Notes under the pieces: generated by a model
Database searches by the model: none
Told to the model about the DNA's origin: nothing
The model's input: the letters and a program-made list of their open reading frames with translations, nothing else
NCBI RefSeq assembly: GCF_001194135.2
Contig: NC_068982.1
Span: forward strand, 135,953,403 to 136,017,402
Reading direction: 5' to 3'
Length of the DNA: 64,000 nt
Source of the DNA: Octopus bimaculoides
Taxonomy: Eukaryota
Program-made: the position numbers and the translations under genes
In this document: positions 50,140 to 62,719 of the stretch, piece after piece
Layout of the letters: the number at the start of each line of letters is the position of its first letter
Position numbering within the stretch: position 1 is the first letter of the stretch

Positions 50140-51826
50140 TTTTAGTTTTACTTATTCTTAGTACAAGTTTGTCGTCTGGTGAGTTAACGTTTATTTGAAG
50201 TTTGATTATTGATTGAAGTAGCTGTTATTTGAATCATTGTTGTTTTGTGCTGCTTTAGCAGCCGTTTCGATTTGTGCTTTCTCTCGATTTCATCGAGAGA
50301 TAACTCTGGCTAAAAGTTATTTTTATTCGGACCTTAGTGGTTCTGAATTGTCCTCTTCGGGGGACGAAATGGTTATTGCAATCGAAAAGATGGATGAATT
50401 ACTGAAAAAGAAGAAATTCGCTGAAGCGACAGAAGTAAAAGAAGAAAGAGGTGGCCCTTGGCAAATATCAAAAGAGACGAAAAAATGGCATGCGAAGTGG
50501 GTGGTGACATTAGGTTGTCACCACCCCAGACAGAAATAGAAGAAATTAATAGATATACAAAGTCTACTCGGTACAGAAATGAAACATCGAACACATGGAA
50601 GAGGGAATTTTAGAAAAGGCATTATGTTCAGTCTGGCCAGACATTCCGTACCTGGCCAGAGAGAATAAATACGGAACTATCATAGACCACTCCAAAACAG
50701 AAGAAAACGCAAGGGAAAACGCGGTAAAAACAATAAAGACGGATAAGGTGGTCCTTCTACCAACTTAAAATTCGAAGAAGGACGTCAAAGATAAAGGTGG
50801 AGGGAAATTCAGCGGAAATTGATGTGGCTTGGGTCGTGGCAGTAGTTCTCCTGCAAAGTGGAGAAGAAGTAGCCGTCCTCCAAGCCACAAAAACGGACGG
50901 CTCGGTTTGGAGAGGCCAAGCGTTGGAACTAATCGTTCAGGCTGAACTGGAGACACTAGAAAATTTTGCAGAGAAGGTATGGCTAGAAGACTTGGGTTTG
51001 AAAGTGCGGGTGGAGGGAAGGACTCCGCGTTGTTTTAAATGTGGCCAAAAAGGCCACATTAGTGCACACTGCCGTCAGCAGAAGCAGACAGAAGAAAGGA
51101 TACTGGAAAAGAAGTAAGAAGTGGAAAAAGAAAAACAGGAAGAAAGAGAAGATGAATGGAAGATTGCTGAAGGAAAAAAGGAAGCAAAAAAAGGAAGCGA
51201 AAAAAGGAACAGTATATTGTGGAACCCCAAACTATACCCACCCTATCTATACCCTCTGCGAACCACCCCTCCCTATAGACACCGAACCCACCCTTCCCCT
51301 CCTACACTAGCAAAAAAGAAACACATGCACAACAAGGAACAGAGAGTCCCATTCCCCACGAAGTGAATTACGTTTATATATCGACAAACAAGGAAAACAC
51401 AGAACTAATTCAAAAAGTAAAAAAGCTGGAAAACTGCTAGATTTGTGAACACTGAAAAATATCATGAAATACTAAGGTGGCACATGTGTGTTCTGATCCC
51501 AGAAGGACAAATGGAGGAAATCAAAAAATATAAAAAGGGTGTGAAAATGTGGAAAATACACGAGGACATAGAAAAAATTACCGGACAACATTGAATGTAA
51601 GGTTCTGCTGGAAAAATATGGAATCTACGTGAAGAAAGGATTCCAAAGGAGTAGCTGACGCTGCTTGTGGTGGGGTAGGCCGCTCATTTCCATTTTTTCA
51701 TATAATTTTCATTTCATATTATCATTTTTATAATTTTATTTGTAATTTCATTTTAAGGTTTGTGTTATATGTCCCAACATGTCTTTGTGTTGTCCCATTT
51801 ATGTTGGCCCCTAGAAACATAAAGAA
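50140..51826 (+). mobile_element. L1/Tx1-type ORF1 (gag-like, CCHC knuckle) element without ORF2, decayed
   Basis: KVRVEGRTPRCFKCGQKGHISAHC (C-x2-C-x4-H-x4-C, 51031-51072) is followed by K/E-rich and P-rich segments, an AT-rich UTR and a Tx1/SINE-B-like tail at 51783-51826. The 5' boundary is approximate. Confidence 0.7.
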
Positions 51827-52569
51827 CGACTCTTCATCAGTTGTCTGCTGTTTTATCCACTCCACATTTCGAGAACATCACGACAAGTTGCGTCTTTGGG
51901 AAACAGTAGTTCTCGCAAACCAAAATGAAATTTGGAATTTGCGTAGGGTCAAATTTGGTAACAAAAACAGGACAGTGAAAATAAACAGAAAGGGCTGCTA
52001 AGCCATATATATNNNNNNNNNNNNNNNNNNNNNNNNNNNNNNNNNNNNNNNNNNNNNNNNNNNNNNNNNNNNNNNNNNNNNNNNNNNNNNNNNNNNNNNN
52101 NNNNNNNNNNNNNNNNNNNNNNNNNNNNNNNNNNNNNNNNNNNNNNNATATATATATATATATATATACATATGTATATATATAACAATAAATGGAGCAA
52201 AACGCATGTCGATGAAAGTTCCTGTAATTCCTACATATATGTTTCGAAGCAAGTGAGGGCCAATTCACAAAAAGTGAAAGGGTTGCTGGAAAAATCACTT
52301 GTTTCTCATCAGGGAGAACATAAAACATTTAGTAGCAAGACAAAAACGAAATGATGTGGTAACTTACGAGCTGAGATGTTACATGGTCAGTGACCGTTAG
52401 AAGGTTTGTTTACATAGAGTTATGACGGGGTAACCGATATTATTTCACGGGCTTTAGGCATTAGAGCGCTAGTTTACATAGAAATATAAAGGGAGGGTGT
52501 TATTGATGTGATGCTAAAGGTTGTGGTCAAGGAGTTATTCGGTTGGGTGAGGGGAGATAATTAAAGTGA

Positions 52570-52901
52570 GTGTTTACATATTTGTCTGCTAGCGTGCAGA
52601 CACCTATTTACAAACACGTGCGTGTACGCATATACACATATACATATGCGCATACCCATTTGTACATACCCACATACCCACATACACCCATACACGTACA
52701 CACACACACACCCACACTGACACCTCCACATGCACATATGTACACACACGCTCACCTATACATACGTGCCTGTAACTATACCTACTTTCCTGTATATGTA
52801 CAAACATGCAAGTATCCACACCCGCACACTCTTACATACGTATACACGCACGCACACATGCATGTATATATGCATGTACACCTACATATGCGCCTACATT
52901 T

Positions 52902-52978
<77 letters not shown>

Positions 52979-53460
52979 TATATAAACATACACCCACGCT
53001 CCTACATCCTAACGCACCCACACACATGCCCCGTGCTCGTATGTGTGCGCCCATATATACCCATACATTCATTTGCTTATGTGTACCTACCCGTTCTCGC
53101 ATATACACACAAACACAAGCACCCTCCCCCCACACCACATATCGAGACCTTTGCCAATACATGTGCTCATACACGCGCGCCTTAACTTGCTTGCCTGTCT
53201 ATATACATACCTTCCTGTATATATACAGACGTGCCAATACTCACACATGCACTTACCTACATATGCACGCATGCACATACCCACACGTACACGCATTTGT
53301 ATATATTTGCACACACTTGTATGTATGCATAAGTATACACCCATAATCCTACCTACACATACACATTCACACACCCACACACGCCCACCCTCACATGCAC
53401 TCACAAACACACGTATACATGTATGTACCCAAAAACACACACATGTGTTTTGTTTAAGGC
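52570..53460. repeat. Long degenerate (CA/TA/ACAT) low-complexity tract containing a pure (TA)n run
   Basis: Direct. It explains the His/Thr/Tyr-rich pseudo-ORFs. Confidence 0.85.
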
Positions 53461-53582
53461 TATAAAAAATAATAATACGATTAATACCACACTGATAACT
53501 ATTAACGTATTCAAATTATCGAAAGTTTCTATAACTGAGATAATATTAATACACATAAAATAATATATATATATGTATATAT

Positions 53583-53728
53583 GGAGGCGCCTGGCTCTGT
53601 GATCAGAGTGTCAGGTTCACAGTTATGAGATATTGAGTTCGATGTTGTGTCTTCGTAAGACCGACACTTTATTTCGCGTTGCTCCAGTTTCCTCATCTGT
53701 ACAAATGAGTTGCGACATCACTGGTGTT
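53583..53728 (+). mobile_element. SINE family C (CORE-like), degenerate 5' half
   Basis: ggaggcgcctggct...gagttcgat...gttgctccagtttcctcatctgtacaaatgag, close to the CORE consensus as recalled. Confidence 0.75.
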
Positions 53729-53961
53729 GCTTCATGGTGAACATACGTCCTTGACAAAAAAGTTTGTATCGCGGAATTGAGTCGCTGTCTTCAGAGACAG
53801 AAAATAATTGATTCTCCAACCATTACTAATTGTCTAGAGAGCTCATATGAAAGAATTATGCTGCAGCATATTGTTGTTCGTTCCTACTTCAGCCATTTCT
53901 GCGCTCATAAAGGTCGGTTTTCCGGCTTCATTGGCGATCCATCGCAGGTGCGCTGCTAGAT

Positions 53962-54140
53962 TCAGCAGGAAAGAGTGAGAGAAAGTTGTAGCGTAAGAAG
54001 CAGCAGCAGTTCGCCATTACCTTTTGCCAGAGCCATGTGGAGCTTAGGTGTTTCGCTCATAAACACACACATCACCCGGTCTGAGATTCGAACCCTCGAT
54101 CCCTCGACCGCGAGTCTAACCACTAGGCCACGTGCCTCCA
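53962..54140 (-). mobile_element. SINE family D, 5' half
   Basis: Aligns to 37120-37310 (gagtgagagaaagttgt, tttcgctca.taaacac, taaccact.ggcca). Confidence 0.85.
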
Positions 54141-55662
54141 CATGCAACAGCATAATAAGGTGTATAAGATCATATGTAAGGCTTTTTCACAAAATTTAGC
54201 AGACAGAATTAGAGAGGATACTTTTAATAAGACAGTAAGCTTAATTCATTGGGCTAGGTTTTTCCCTGCGAATCAATCTAAACTATATGTTAATGGTACA
54301 AGTCTTGATGGAATACTCAGCCACAGTAACTACAATTCAAAGAAGAAGTAGGATTTTGGAAACACCAATTATGATACATTTAATCAAAAGCGAGAAAAAT
54401 TCCATTTTTTTTAGAATTATACTGAAAAGAAATCTTTTTTATGTGACAAATAATGAAGTAAAGTCTGTTGTTAGGTATCTATCTTTGGTAATTCCTGTTT
54501 GTCAAAAGTTTAGCATCTAATTATCATTGCAACCGTAATTTACCGATTCCTTTCATTGGAACCGTGATTTCAGGACTGTGTTATCGAGTATTTTTTTTAT
54601 CAATCTTTAAGATGGTAGAGTGAAATTTGAAGGAGATTTGTTTCTATATCAAATAGTTAGAGTAACCAAGTACAGGATTCTTCGTTAGTTCAATCTAGTG
54701 TTATGTAAGAATCGCCGATGGCTTCAATAACTGCTGCAGAGAGCAGCCGCAGGACTATGTAATTAACGAGTGTTTTTGCTAGTTTAGATGTCTGCATTCA
54801 TTCCGTTAATAGAAAGCTTTGATAAATACCGGCATATATATATATGGCTTCAGATAATACCCTTTTATCTAGACTTTTGTGACGTAAGTAAAACTACGAT
54901 GTATAAAGAAGTATATAAATAGGTTTTAAAAAGATTTATTCCTTACGTAACAAAGTAATAATTGCTAGTATATTTGTAAGTTTCTTTGAATTACTGTATT
55001 CATTTGGGTGATTTGATTAAAATAACATTTCACTGAAAAACCACATCACCATTTCTCTGTCTCCAATCTGTGTATTTAACAGCCTCCCTAACTCATTGAT
55101 TCTCACGTACTCTGCACTGGAAACTATCGTACACATAAATTTTACTTAAATCAATGAACTGTAATGCCCTTTGATATCTTTTTACAGCAACGCTGACTGA
55201 CCGAATTGACATATATGATTATTGATTAGTGACATATCAAACGTTCAGTCGGCACTCTGATGTGTTACTCATTCGGCTAATTACAAAGAATTTGTAAAAT
55301 ATGTTTTCTAAGGATAGATCCAAAGTTGAATTTAAAAATGTAAGGAACAATTCATCTTTCATTTTCATTATACCATTTTACTGAGAAGGAGTGGACTGGC
55401 AAAACCATGAGCTCAATGCTTGAGTACTTCTGTAGAGTAACATCCATGGAAAATATTGAGGAAAAATTGAACATTAATGACGCTGGCAGTTGTGTCGAGG
55501 ATGAGAGAATGGGGTGAGTCTTTAGCAGGAGGGTTAAGAGTGAAATAGATTACGAACAACGACAGCAGAAAACATGGTAGCGCTGAGATGGCATGACTAA
55601 GCCTGTAAGTTGTTTGCTAGTTTGAAATTGAAGAAGCCATTAGAAGAGTGGTGAATGGTTAC

Positions 55663-55937
55663 ATGTATGTATGTATGTATGTATGTATGTAGGTATGTAT
55701 GTATGTATGGATGGATGTCACTATTAAGTTTATTTCAAGATTTCTTACCAATAGAGAAAGAACCGATTTCTAACCAAGATCGAAGGTTCCTTCATTGGAG
55801 TTTCAACATCAACAACAGAGGTATTTTTGTATGTATGTATGTATGTATGTATGTATGTATGTATGTACGTACGTATGTATACGCAGATTTATGTTTTATT
55901 TAGGTATGTATGTATGTATGTATGTATGTATGTATGT
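55663..55937. repeat. Three (TATG)n microsatellite blocks separated by short unique spacers
   Basis: Direct. Confidence 0.85.
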
Positions 55938-56559
55938 GTATAAAACAAACAGCATCTCTGTGAATTAATAGTGTGTGGGTGTGTTAGTGAGTCTTTTCTA
56001 GTCACGTTCATAAACACTTCGGTGTCAAATTGTCTTATAGAATAGGCAAAACATACAACAAAACGCTGTATAAAATAATACAAAAAGATGAGATCCCATA
56101 AAATGAGAGACAATAAAACTATCACCCTTTACGTTAACTCTCAAACTGATCGTTGCTCGTCCGACAAATCAACATTTTGTTTCTTCTGTTGCTTCTATTA
56201 ATTAAAGTATCGTCAATCATATCATTTTCATAACGTTATCAAACCAGTTTTCTGTCAGACTCGTTTGGGGTCTTATTCAAAAGTGTTTTCATGTGAATAA
56301 CGAATTTGTCAGCAATTATGGTATGTCCCAAATATAAAACATTTGTTTATCCATTTCTTTTAGAAGTCGGGATATAAAATATAATTGATGCGGTTTTGGG
56401 TTGAAATGGTTTCCATTACAGTACTGAGATTACGAAAAATTATTCCGAAAAATCATCCTCCAAAATTCATACAAACATGGCCGTAGTCAAATGACTGAAA
56501 CAAAAGATTATATATATGGGTGTGTTTGCATGTTTGTATATAGAAATACATATGTACAT

Positions 56560-56623
<64 letters not shown>

Positions 56624-56676
56624 TGTAGTAAACTAATTAAGGATGCAAAAATTGCCTCCACTAATTTTTTTCTTAC

Positions 56677-56795
56677 ATTATCCACATATTGGTTTCCTCT
56701 TGAGAACGTAACTGTTCCCGTATCCGATGCAACTTCCTGAGGCTGCTAAGATCGGTCGTTGACATCGCACGTGACGATTTGCGAGTCGATAGCAC
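56677..56795 (-). CDS. Candidate upstream coding exon of the same small membrane-protein gene
   Basis: Acceptor ttttgtgttgcttttatgaaag|GTG and donor ATAAT|gtaaga. The 119-nt open frame reads VLSTRKSSRAMSTTDLSSLRKLHRIREQLRSQEETNMWI(at). It ends in phase 2, matching the exon at 22947. Confidence 0.5.
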
Positions 56796-56829
56796 CTTTC
56801 ATAAAAGCAACACAAAACGCTGGTTAGCT

Positions 56830-57250
56830 AACTATCTAACACGTTTCCAAGCCTTCGAACCTCACAAGAACAACACTTTTAGAATAGCAATTTCCAGAAC
56901 AGAGTACCAGAATTATCCCTCTTTTCACACATCCTTTACGATGTACGCACAGAGATTCATGCACAGATCTCATCACACTACATGCTCTAACTGTTCTCTA
57001 GACTCTGCTTCACTACAATTTCAAACCTGCGTAAACCACGTAGACATTTAGGTGATTTATATATCAAATCAGTAGACAAAGTAACACTTTCCAAATCAAT
57101 TGACTTCCTCGTTATCTTCAACACCAGATGGTAACGTCATTACAACCAACCTAGACACTTAACAACGTAAAAATAACTTACACACACAACTGCATACACA
57201 CATACACAAAAACGGATGCACACACACAAGAGAAAAATTGTGCTACATAC
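56830..57250 (+). mobile_element. Possible highly degenerate Penelope-like RT fragment
   Basis: Weak motif echoes: KNNTF, MYAQRFMHR, NHVDI*VIY, SIDFLV...DGNVITTNL. Confidence 0.3.
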
Positions 57251-57557
57251 TCTATATGACAAGCATTTCTAATACCCATACAAGACATAATACACACAAA
57301 AATAATTGTTACCGATATCGTTCTATCATTCAATAAAGACAGAAGAAATAATACACATAAAACTACAGCAAAAGCACATCTTCATTCCACCATAAGGAAC
57401 AAAAAAACAAAATGGTGTACAAAACAATGCATTTGAAACACTGTGGACCAAAGGAGTTCTTCCTGGTCCGAAAAACCTCCCTCAACAAAACCAGAATATA
57501 TCGCCCCGTACACCAGATTGCGTACTACCCATAATCATATGTTGTTTCTTATGAACG

Positions 57558-58094
57558 TTCTGACGTCCAGACGTATATACAACTTTGCCACATACATACG
57601 TATATACAACTTTCCGACATCCAGAAGTATATACAACTTTCTGACATCCAGACGTATATACAAATTTTTGATATCCAGACGTATGTACAACTTTGAGACA
57701 TCCAGACGTATATACATCTTTCTGACATCCAAGTGTATATACAACTTTCTGACATCCAGACGTATATAGAACCTTCTGACATCCAGACTATATAGAACCT
57801 TCTGACATCCAGATGTATATACAACCTTCTGACATCCAGACGGATATACAACTTTCCAACACTCAGACGTATATACTATTTTCTGACATCCATACGTACA
57901 TGCAACTTTCAGGCATCCACACGTATATACAAATTTCAGACATCCAGATGTTTATAGAACTTTTTAACATCTAGACGTTTATACAAATTTCTGACACCCT
58001 TATGTACATATAACATTCCGATAATCAGACGTATATACAACTTTGTGACATCCAGTCGTATATACAACTTTCCGACATCCAGATGTATATAGAA
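57558..58094. repeat. 27-bp minisatellite, about 20 copies (consensus TCTGACATCCAGACGTATATACAACTT)
   Basis: Direct: head-to-tail diverged units with no unique spacers. Confidence 0.92.
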
Positions 58095-58639
58095 AAAGCC
58101 GGAAGGACAATACTGCAGAAGCATCTTAAAAATTATCTTTCATTCAGCCTTAAGAAACATGAGAAGTATCATATAAGCATAAAAATACCTGCAACATTAA
58201 GTAAATGATTCGTGCACCATGAGCACAGAGTGTATGGGAGAACAATTCTTTTCAACAGTTTGCCTCCATTTTGAGTTCAATAGGAAATAAATTATGGAGA
58301 AAAGCACAAAATTTGCTGTCGGTCATGTTGCATGTTACGTGGGTCACCAATGCTTGTCAGTGTGTGGAGTAATGAATCTAAGAGTATTGTCTCATGTTCT
58401 AGTTGTGAAAATATGTTTCACAGGCGGCACCTCGCCGTTGAGAGGAATATTTTCAAGCCAGAGGGCTAATCGATAACAGATGAAGGAATTTTACGCAACA
58501 ACAAAATCAACAACCATAAGCGCAGCGAAAACAAAAATAGCTAGAACATAGCCTACAATTGCAGAGTACACTCTGCAATAAATACCAGAGTACACTCTTG
58601 GTAAAATCATTCATTTTTAGCTCAGAATGTTGCCCATGA

Positions 58640-58745
58640 ACTCAATGCAATACCTATAATAAGGTATGTACCTCTGACATTTTAGCAAGGTGTATGATAC
58701 ACCACTATTTTCCCGTAAACATATTGACCAAAAGATAGGTTAAAG
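58640..58745 (+). mobile_element. Possible degenerate CR1-group RT fragment
   Basis: MYL*HFSKVYDT echoes the YLDFSKAFD motif. Confidence 0.3.
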
Positions 58746-58783
58746 AGATAGGTTAAAAATTCAATATTAACTTGCACTGCACG

Positions 58784-58838
58784 AATCTTCCTATTCACAA
58801 ATCTTCCTCTTCACAAATCTTCCTCTTCACAAATCTTC
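58784..58838. repeat. 16-bp tandem repeat (CACAAATCTTCCTCTT), about 3 copies
   Basis: Direct. Confidence 0.85.
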
Positions 58839-59084
58839 AAGAAACATTGAATTTTATTTGGAGACAATAAACTGCAGCTTTCATATAAATTTCTTTCTAT
58901 TATTTCCAAAGTATAAAACAAATTACCTTTATCCTTGTCTTCTACGCTATTTGATTAGAATCTTTTTTTTTTGTCTTTCTCACAGTACTTTTGTCGATGT
59001 AATTACTGTTGATATTTAATTAATTTTTCAGTTTGTTTGCTTATGATTATTAGCCGACATTCAAACATACCAACACAGGATATA

Positions 59085-59148
<64 letters not shown>

Positions 59149-59751
59149 NNNNNNNNNNNNNNNNNNNNNNNNNNNNNNNNNNNNNNNNNNNNNNNNNNNN
59201 NNNNNNNNNNNNNNNNNNNNNNNNNNNNNNNNNNNNNNNNNNNNNNNNNNNNNNNNNNNNNNNNNNNNNNNNNNNNNNNNNNNNNNNNNNNNNNNNNNNN
59301 NNNNNNNNNNNNNNNNNNNNNNNNNNNNNNNNNNNNNNNNNNNNNNNNNNNNNNNNNNNNNNNNNNNNNNNNNNNNNNNNNNNNNNNNNNNNNNNNNNNN
59401 NNNNNNNNNNNNNNNNNNNNNNNNNNNNNNNNNNNNNNNNNNNNNNNNNNNNNNNNNNNNNNNNNNNNNNNNNNNNNNNNNNNNNNNNNNNNNNNNNNNN
59501 NNNNNNNNNNNNNNNNNNNNNNNNNNNNNNNNNNNNNNNNNNNNNNNNNNNNNNNNNNNNNNNNNNNNNNNNNNNNNNNNNNNNNNNNNNNNNNNNNNNN
59601 NNNNNNNNNNNNNNNNNNNNNNNNNNNNNNNNNNNNNNNNNNNNNNNNNNNNNNNNNNNNNNNNNNNNNNNNNNNNNNNNNNNNNNNNNNNNNNNNNNNN
59701 NNNNNNNNNNNNNNNNNNNNNNNNNNNNNNNNNNNNNNNNNNNNNNNNNNN

Positions 59752-59803
<52 letters not shown>

Positions 59804-60077
59804 TGTGTGTGTGTTTGTCTGTTTGTAATTACCTCCCAGTGCAGACTGTCTGTTTCGGTGTATTGTACCTCGTTAACTTAGTGTGCTAGATATATCATGT
59901 TATATTATGATTCTATATTATAATATATTTTATTATGCTATACTGAAATTGTTCAAGACGCTAGATGGTTAGATGACAATTGCTTTCATAGGCGGTGAGT
60001 CTTCTTGGCTTCGAATAGAGGCAAAGTGCTGCAAAATGTTATTACTTAAAACGTTTTGTCTAAAATAAAAAGAAAGA

Positions 60078-60236
60078 ATGGTGATAAGTAGCTTGCTTAC
60101 CAACCACATGGTTCTGGGTTCAGTCCCGCTGCGTGGCACCTTGGGCAAGTGTCTTTTACTATAGCTTCGGGCCGACCAAAGCCTTGTGAGTGGATTTGGT
60201 AGACGAAAACTGAAAGAAGCCCGTCGNNNNNNNNNN

Positions 60237-60281
<45 letters not shown>

Positions 60282-60522
60282 ATGTGTGTGTGTGTGTGTG
60301 TGTATATGTTTGCGTGTCTGTGTTTCTCTCCCCAACTTCGCATGACAACCAACGCTAGTGTGCTTACATCCCCGTAACCTAGCGGTTCGGCTAAACAGAC
60401 CGATTGAATAAGTAATAGGCTTACAAAGATTAAGTCCTGATGTCGATTTGCTCGACTAAAAGGCGGTGCTCCAGCATGGCCACCGTCAAATGACTGAAAG
60501 AAGTAATGGAGTAAAAGGAGTA
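60078..60522 (+). mobile_element. SINE family A, near full length
   Basis: Colinear with other copies. It has a 10-N gap in its internal microsatellite. Confidence 0.92.
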
Positions 60523-60601
60523 TTGAAGATTGAATAATGCTAAACGTTCACCGCTCTTTTGAATGTAGATGTTAACCGTTAAATTTCTTTTTGAATATAT
60601 A

Positions 60602-60994
60602 CCGTAAATCCTCGAGTATAATCTGCACTTTTTCCCCAAAATTTAAGGGTCAAAATTTCTAGTGCGTACTATATACGAGGTTAAAAATGAAAAATATTTT
60701 CTAAGCAAAATTTTCTAACTGATAAATATGTAAAGGTAATTTACTTAGTATTTATTACTGTTATTTCTTTATTTTCTGCAAACAAAGTGCACAAAAAAGC
60801 TACACGTTTGCATTATGTTATATATACAATAATAATAAAGGACGTTACCGTATATACGTTTACAAACCAAGGACGTTATAATGACCTCCTTGACTCAAAT
60901 TTGAGAAAAGGTGCGTATTATACACAAGGTTTAGGTTTTTCAGAGGTATAGCCCCCTAAAAATCCCAAGGCGGACTATACTCGAGGATTTACGG
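60602..60994. mobile_element. pogo/Tigger-type (Tc1/mariner) MITE with TA target-site duplication
   Basis: TIR ccgtaaatcctcgagtata at both ends in inverted orientation, flanked by TA at 60600-60601 and 60995-60996. Confidence 0.88.
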
Positions 60995-61237
60995 TATTTC
61001 AAAATGTCCCTTATGTCCTTATAATCTTAAAAACCTGGCTTCATTAATTCCTGCCATCCTGCGTGCATACGTTCGATTTGCTAGGAAAACAAACACGATT
61101 CATAAACCCCGTGGTTATTTCATGATTTTGTCCTTCATTTAAAATATTTCACCAAACATTGTCTTGTTCTCACTAATTTCGTAAATCTTTCTTCGTTACA
61201 CATACACAATCCCGCATACATAAATACATACTCGCAG

Positions 61238-61268
<31 letters not shown>

Positions 61269-61599
61269 TCTAGCCGAAGTTGTGGTTACTCGTTCATTTC
61301 ATTTTGCTTCCGCTGGCCTCTAACAATATCCGGTTTGGGCGAATGACGGAATTGTAAAACACCGCCCTTATTTGCATCTTTTAGACGGTGATTTGTTTTC
61401 TCAGAAAAAGCACTCCAAATATACTTTGTGTACTTTCGCATGAGTTTTGTGAAGTTTTGCTAACCCGGCATGAATTTGAAAGGCCTTAAACAGTTAGGGT
61501 ATTGATTTCTTATCTTGATGGCAGTAGTGCAATATGGCACTGTATAGTAACGTCTTTGGGGGTTGATATACCTTTTAATCCCAGATATAAGAGGATAGA

Positions 61600-61900
61600 C
61601 CCTCCAGTGTATCCAAACACACAGACACACAGGCATACACAGAGGCAGACAGACACAGAAACAAACATTGATTGACACACACACAGGCAAACACACACAC
61701 ACATACACACATAATACACACAGACAGAGGCAGAGACACATTGAGACAGACTGTCACACTCACACACATACACAGAGGCATACACAGAGGCAGACTGACA
61801 CAGAATCAAACATTGATTCACACACGGACAGGCAGACACACAGACACACAGACGCAAAGGCAGACAAACATAAAGACAGACTGTCACACACACAAATGTC
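61600..61900. repeat. Degenerate (CAGA/CA)-rich low-complexity tract
   Basis: Direct. Confidence 0.8.
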
Positions 61901-62571
61901 ACAGCATACGTTTTGTATCTTCACTCAGGGAAGTAGAATACCAGTTCTTTTAACCTCTCTCTGTTGCACCGAGGTAATCATCTTGGTATAACAGCATTGT
62001 GTCTCCTATAGTTCTGCTGCTATTCCGACGTTATGAAATAGCCACAGTCCTCCCAGGCAACTGAGGACAAATATTTCCCGCAGGAACAACGCGGTTTCCT
62101 TTTGCCATGTTCTTAATGACCTCAGAATCGAAGCAACCATTCCCCACCACGTTGGTTCCATTATAGAAATATGCTCACAAAATGATATGTCATTATTCAT
62201 CTAGATCCTATTCAATCACATAAAATGTTTACCTTTGGGATCGCATTAAATTCTGTTCCTGTGAATTCTTATTCCAATATGTTTCTTGGTTGATAGTGGT
62301 GGCTTAAAATTTTCCAGCATTGAATTACATATTTGCTTCTGTCTACTTATATATTGCATTCAGATCGTTCGTATATGAAAAGATCGGCTACTTCTTTTAT
62401 TGGGATTTAGATAAATCCGATGAGATTTCAAAAAAAGATCGAATATCAATTAAAGCTGTTCGTTTCTTTCAACCTACTGAGAGATAGATAATTTTGAATT
62501 GTTCTATGTTTACAGCGTAGCTTTATTTTGTATATATTAGTTTCAAATTTTGGCACAACGCCCGCAGTTTT

Positions 62572-62719
62572 GGGGAAGGAAATAAGTCGATTACCTTGAC
62601 CATAAAATATGAGGGCAAAATCGGCCGTGGCCGCATTTGAACTCAGAACGTAAAGACTGACGATATGCCGCTAAGCATTTTACCCGGTGCGCTAATGATG
62701 CTGCCAGGTCGCCGCCTTA
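62572..62719 (-). mobile_element. SINE family B, degenerate and internally deleted
   Basis: atttgaactcagaacgtaa...ccgctaagcattt..ccgg...cgccgcctta. Confidence 0.8.

Noticed and set aside
52301-52312. CTGATGAGAAAC on the minus strand
   Set aside because: There is no stem II between the boxes, so it cannot fold as a hammerhead.
55386-55513. Possible plus-strand exon ending in GG|GTGAGT
   Set aside because: The acceptor is atypical (GAG/AAG), no partner exon was found, and KEWTG could be an RTE remnant.
57558-58094. CRISPR-like periodicity
   Set aside because: Units are contiguous with no unique spacers, the context is eukaryotic and there are no cas genes.
62006-62200. 64-aa minus-strand ORF in a GC-richer patch, considered as an upstream exon
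   Set aside because: No convincing donor site or recognisable homology, and several frames look equally plausible.
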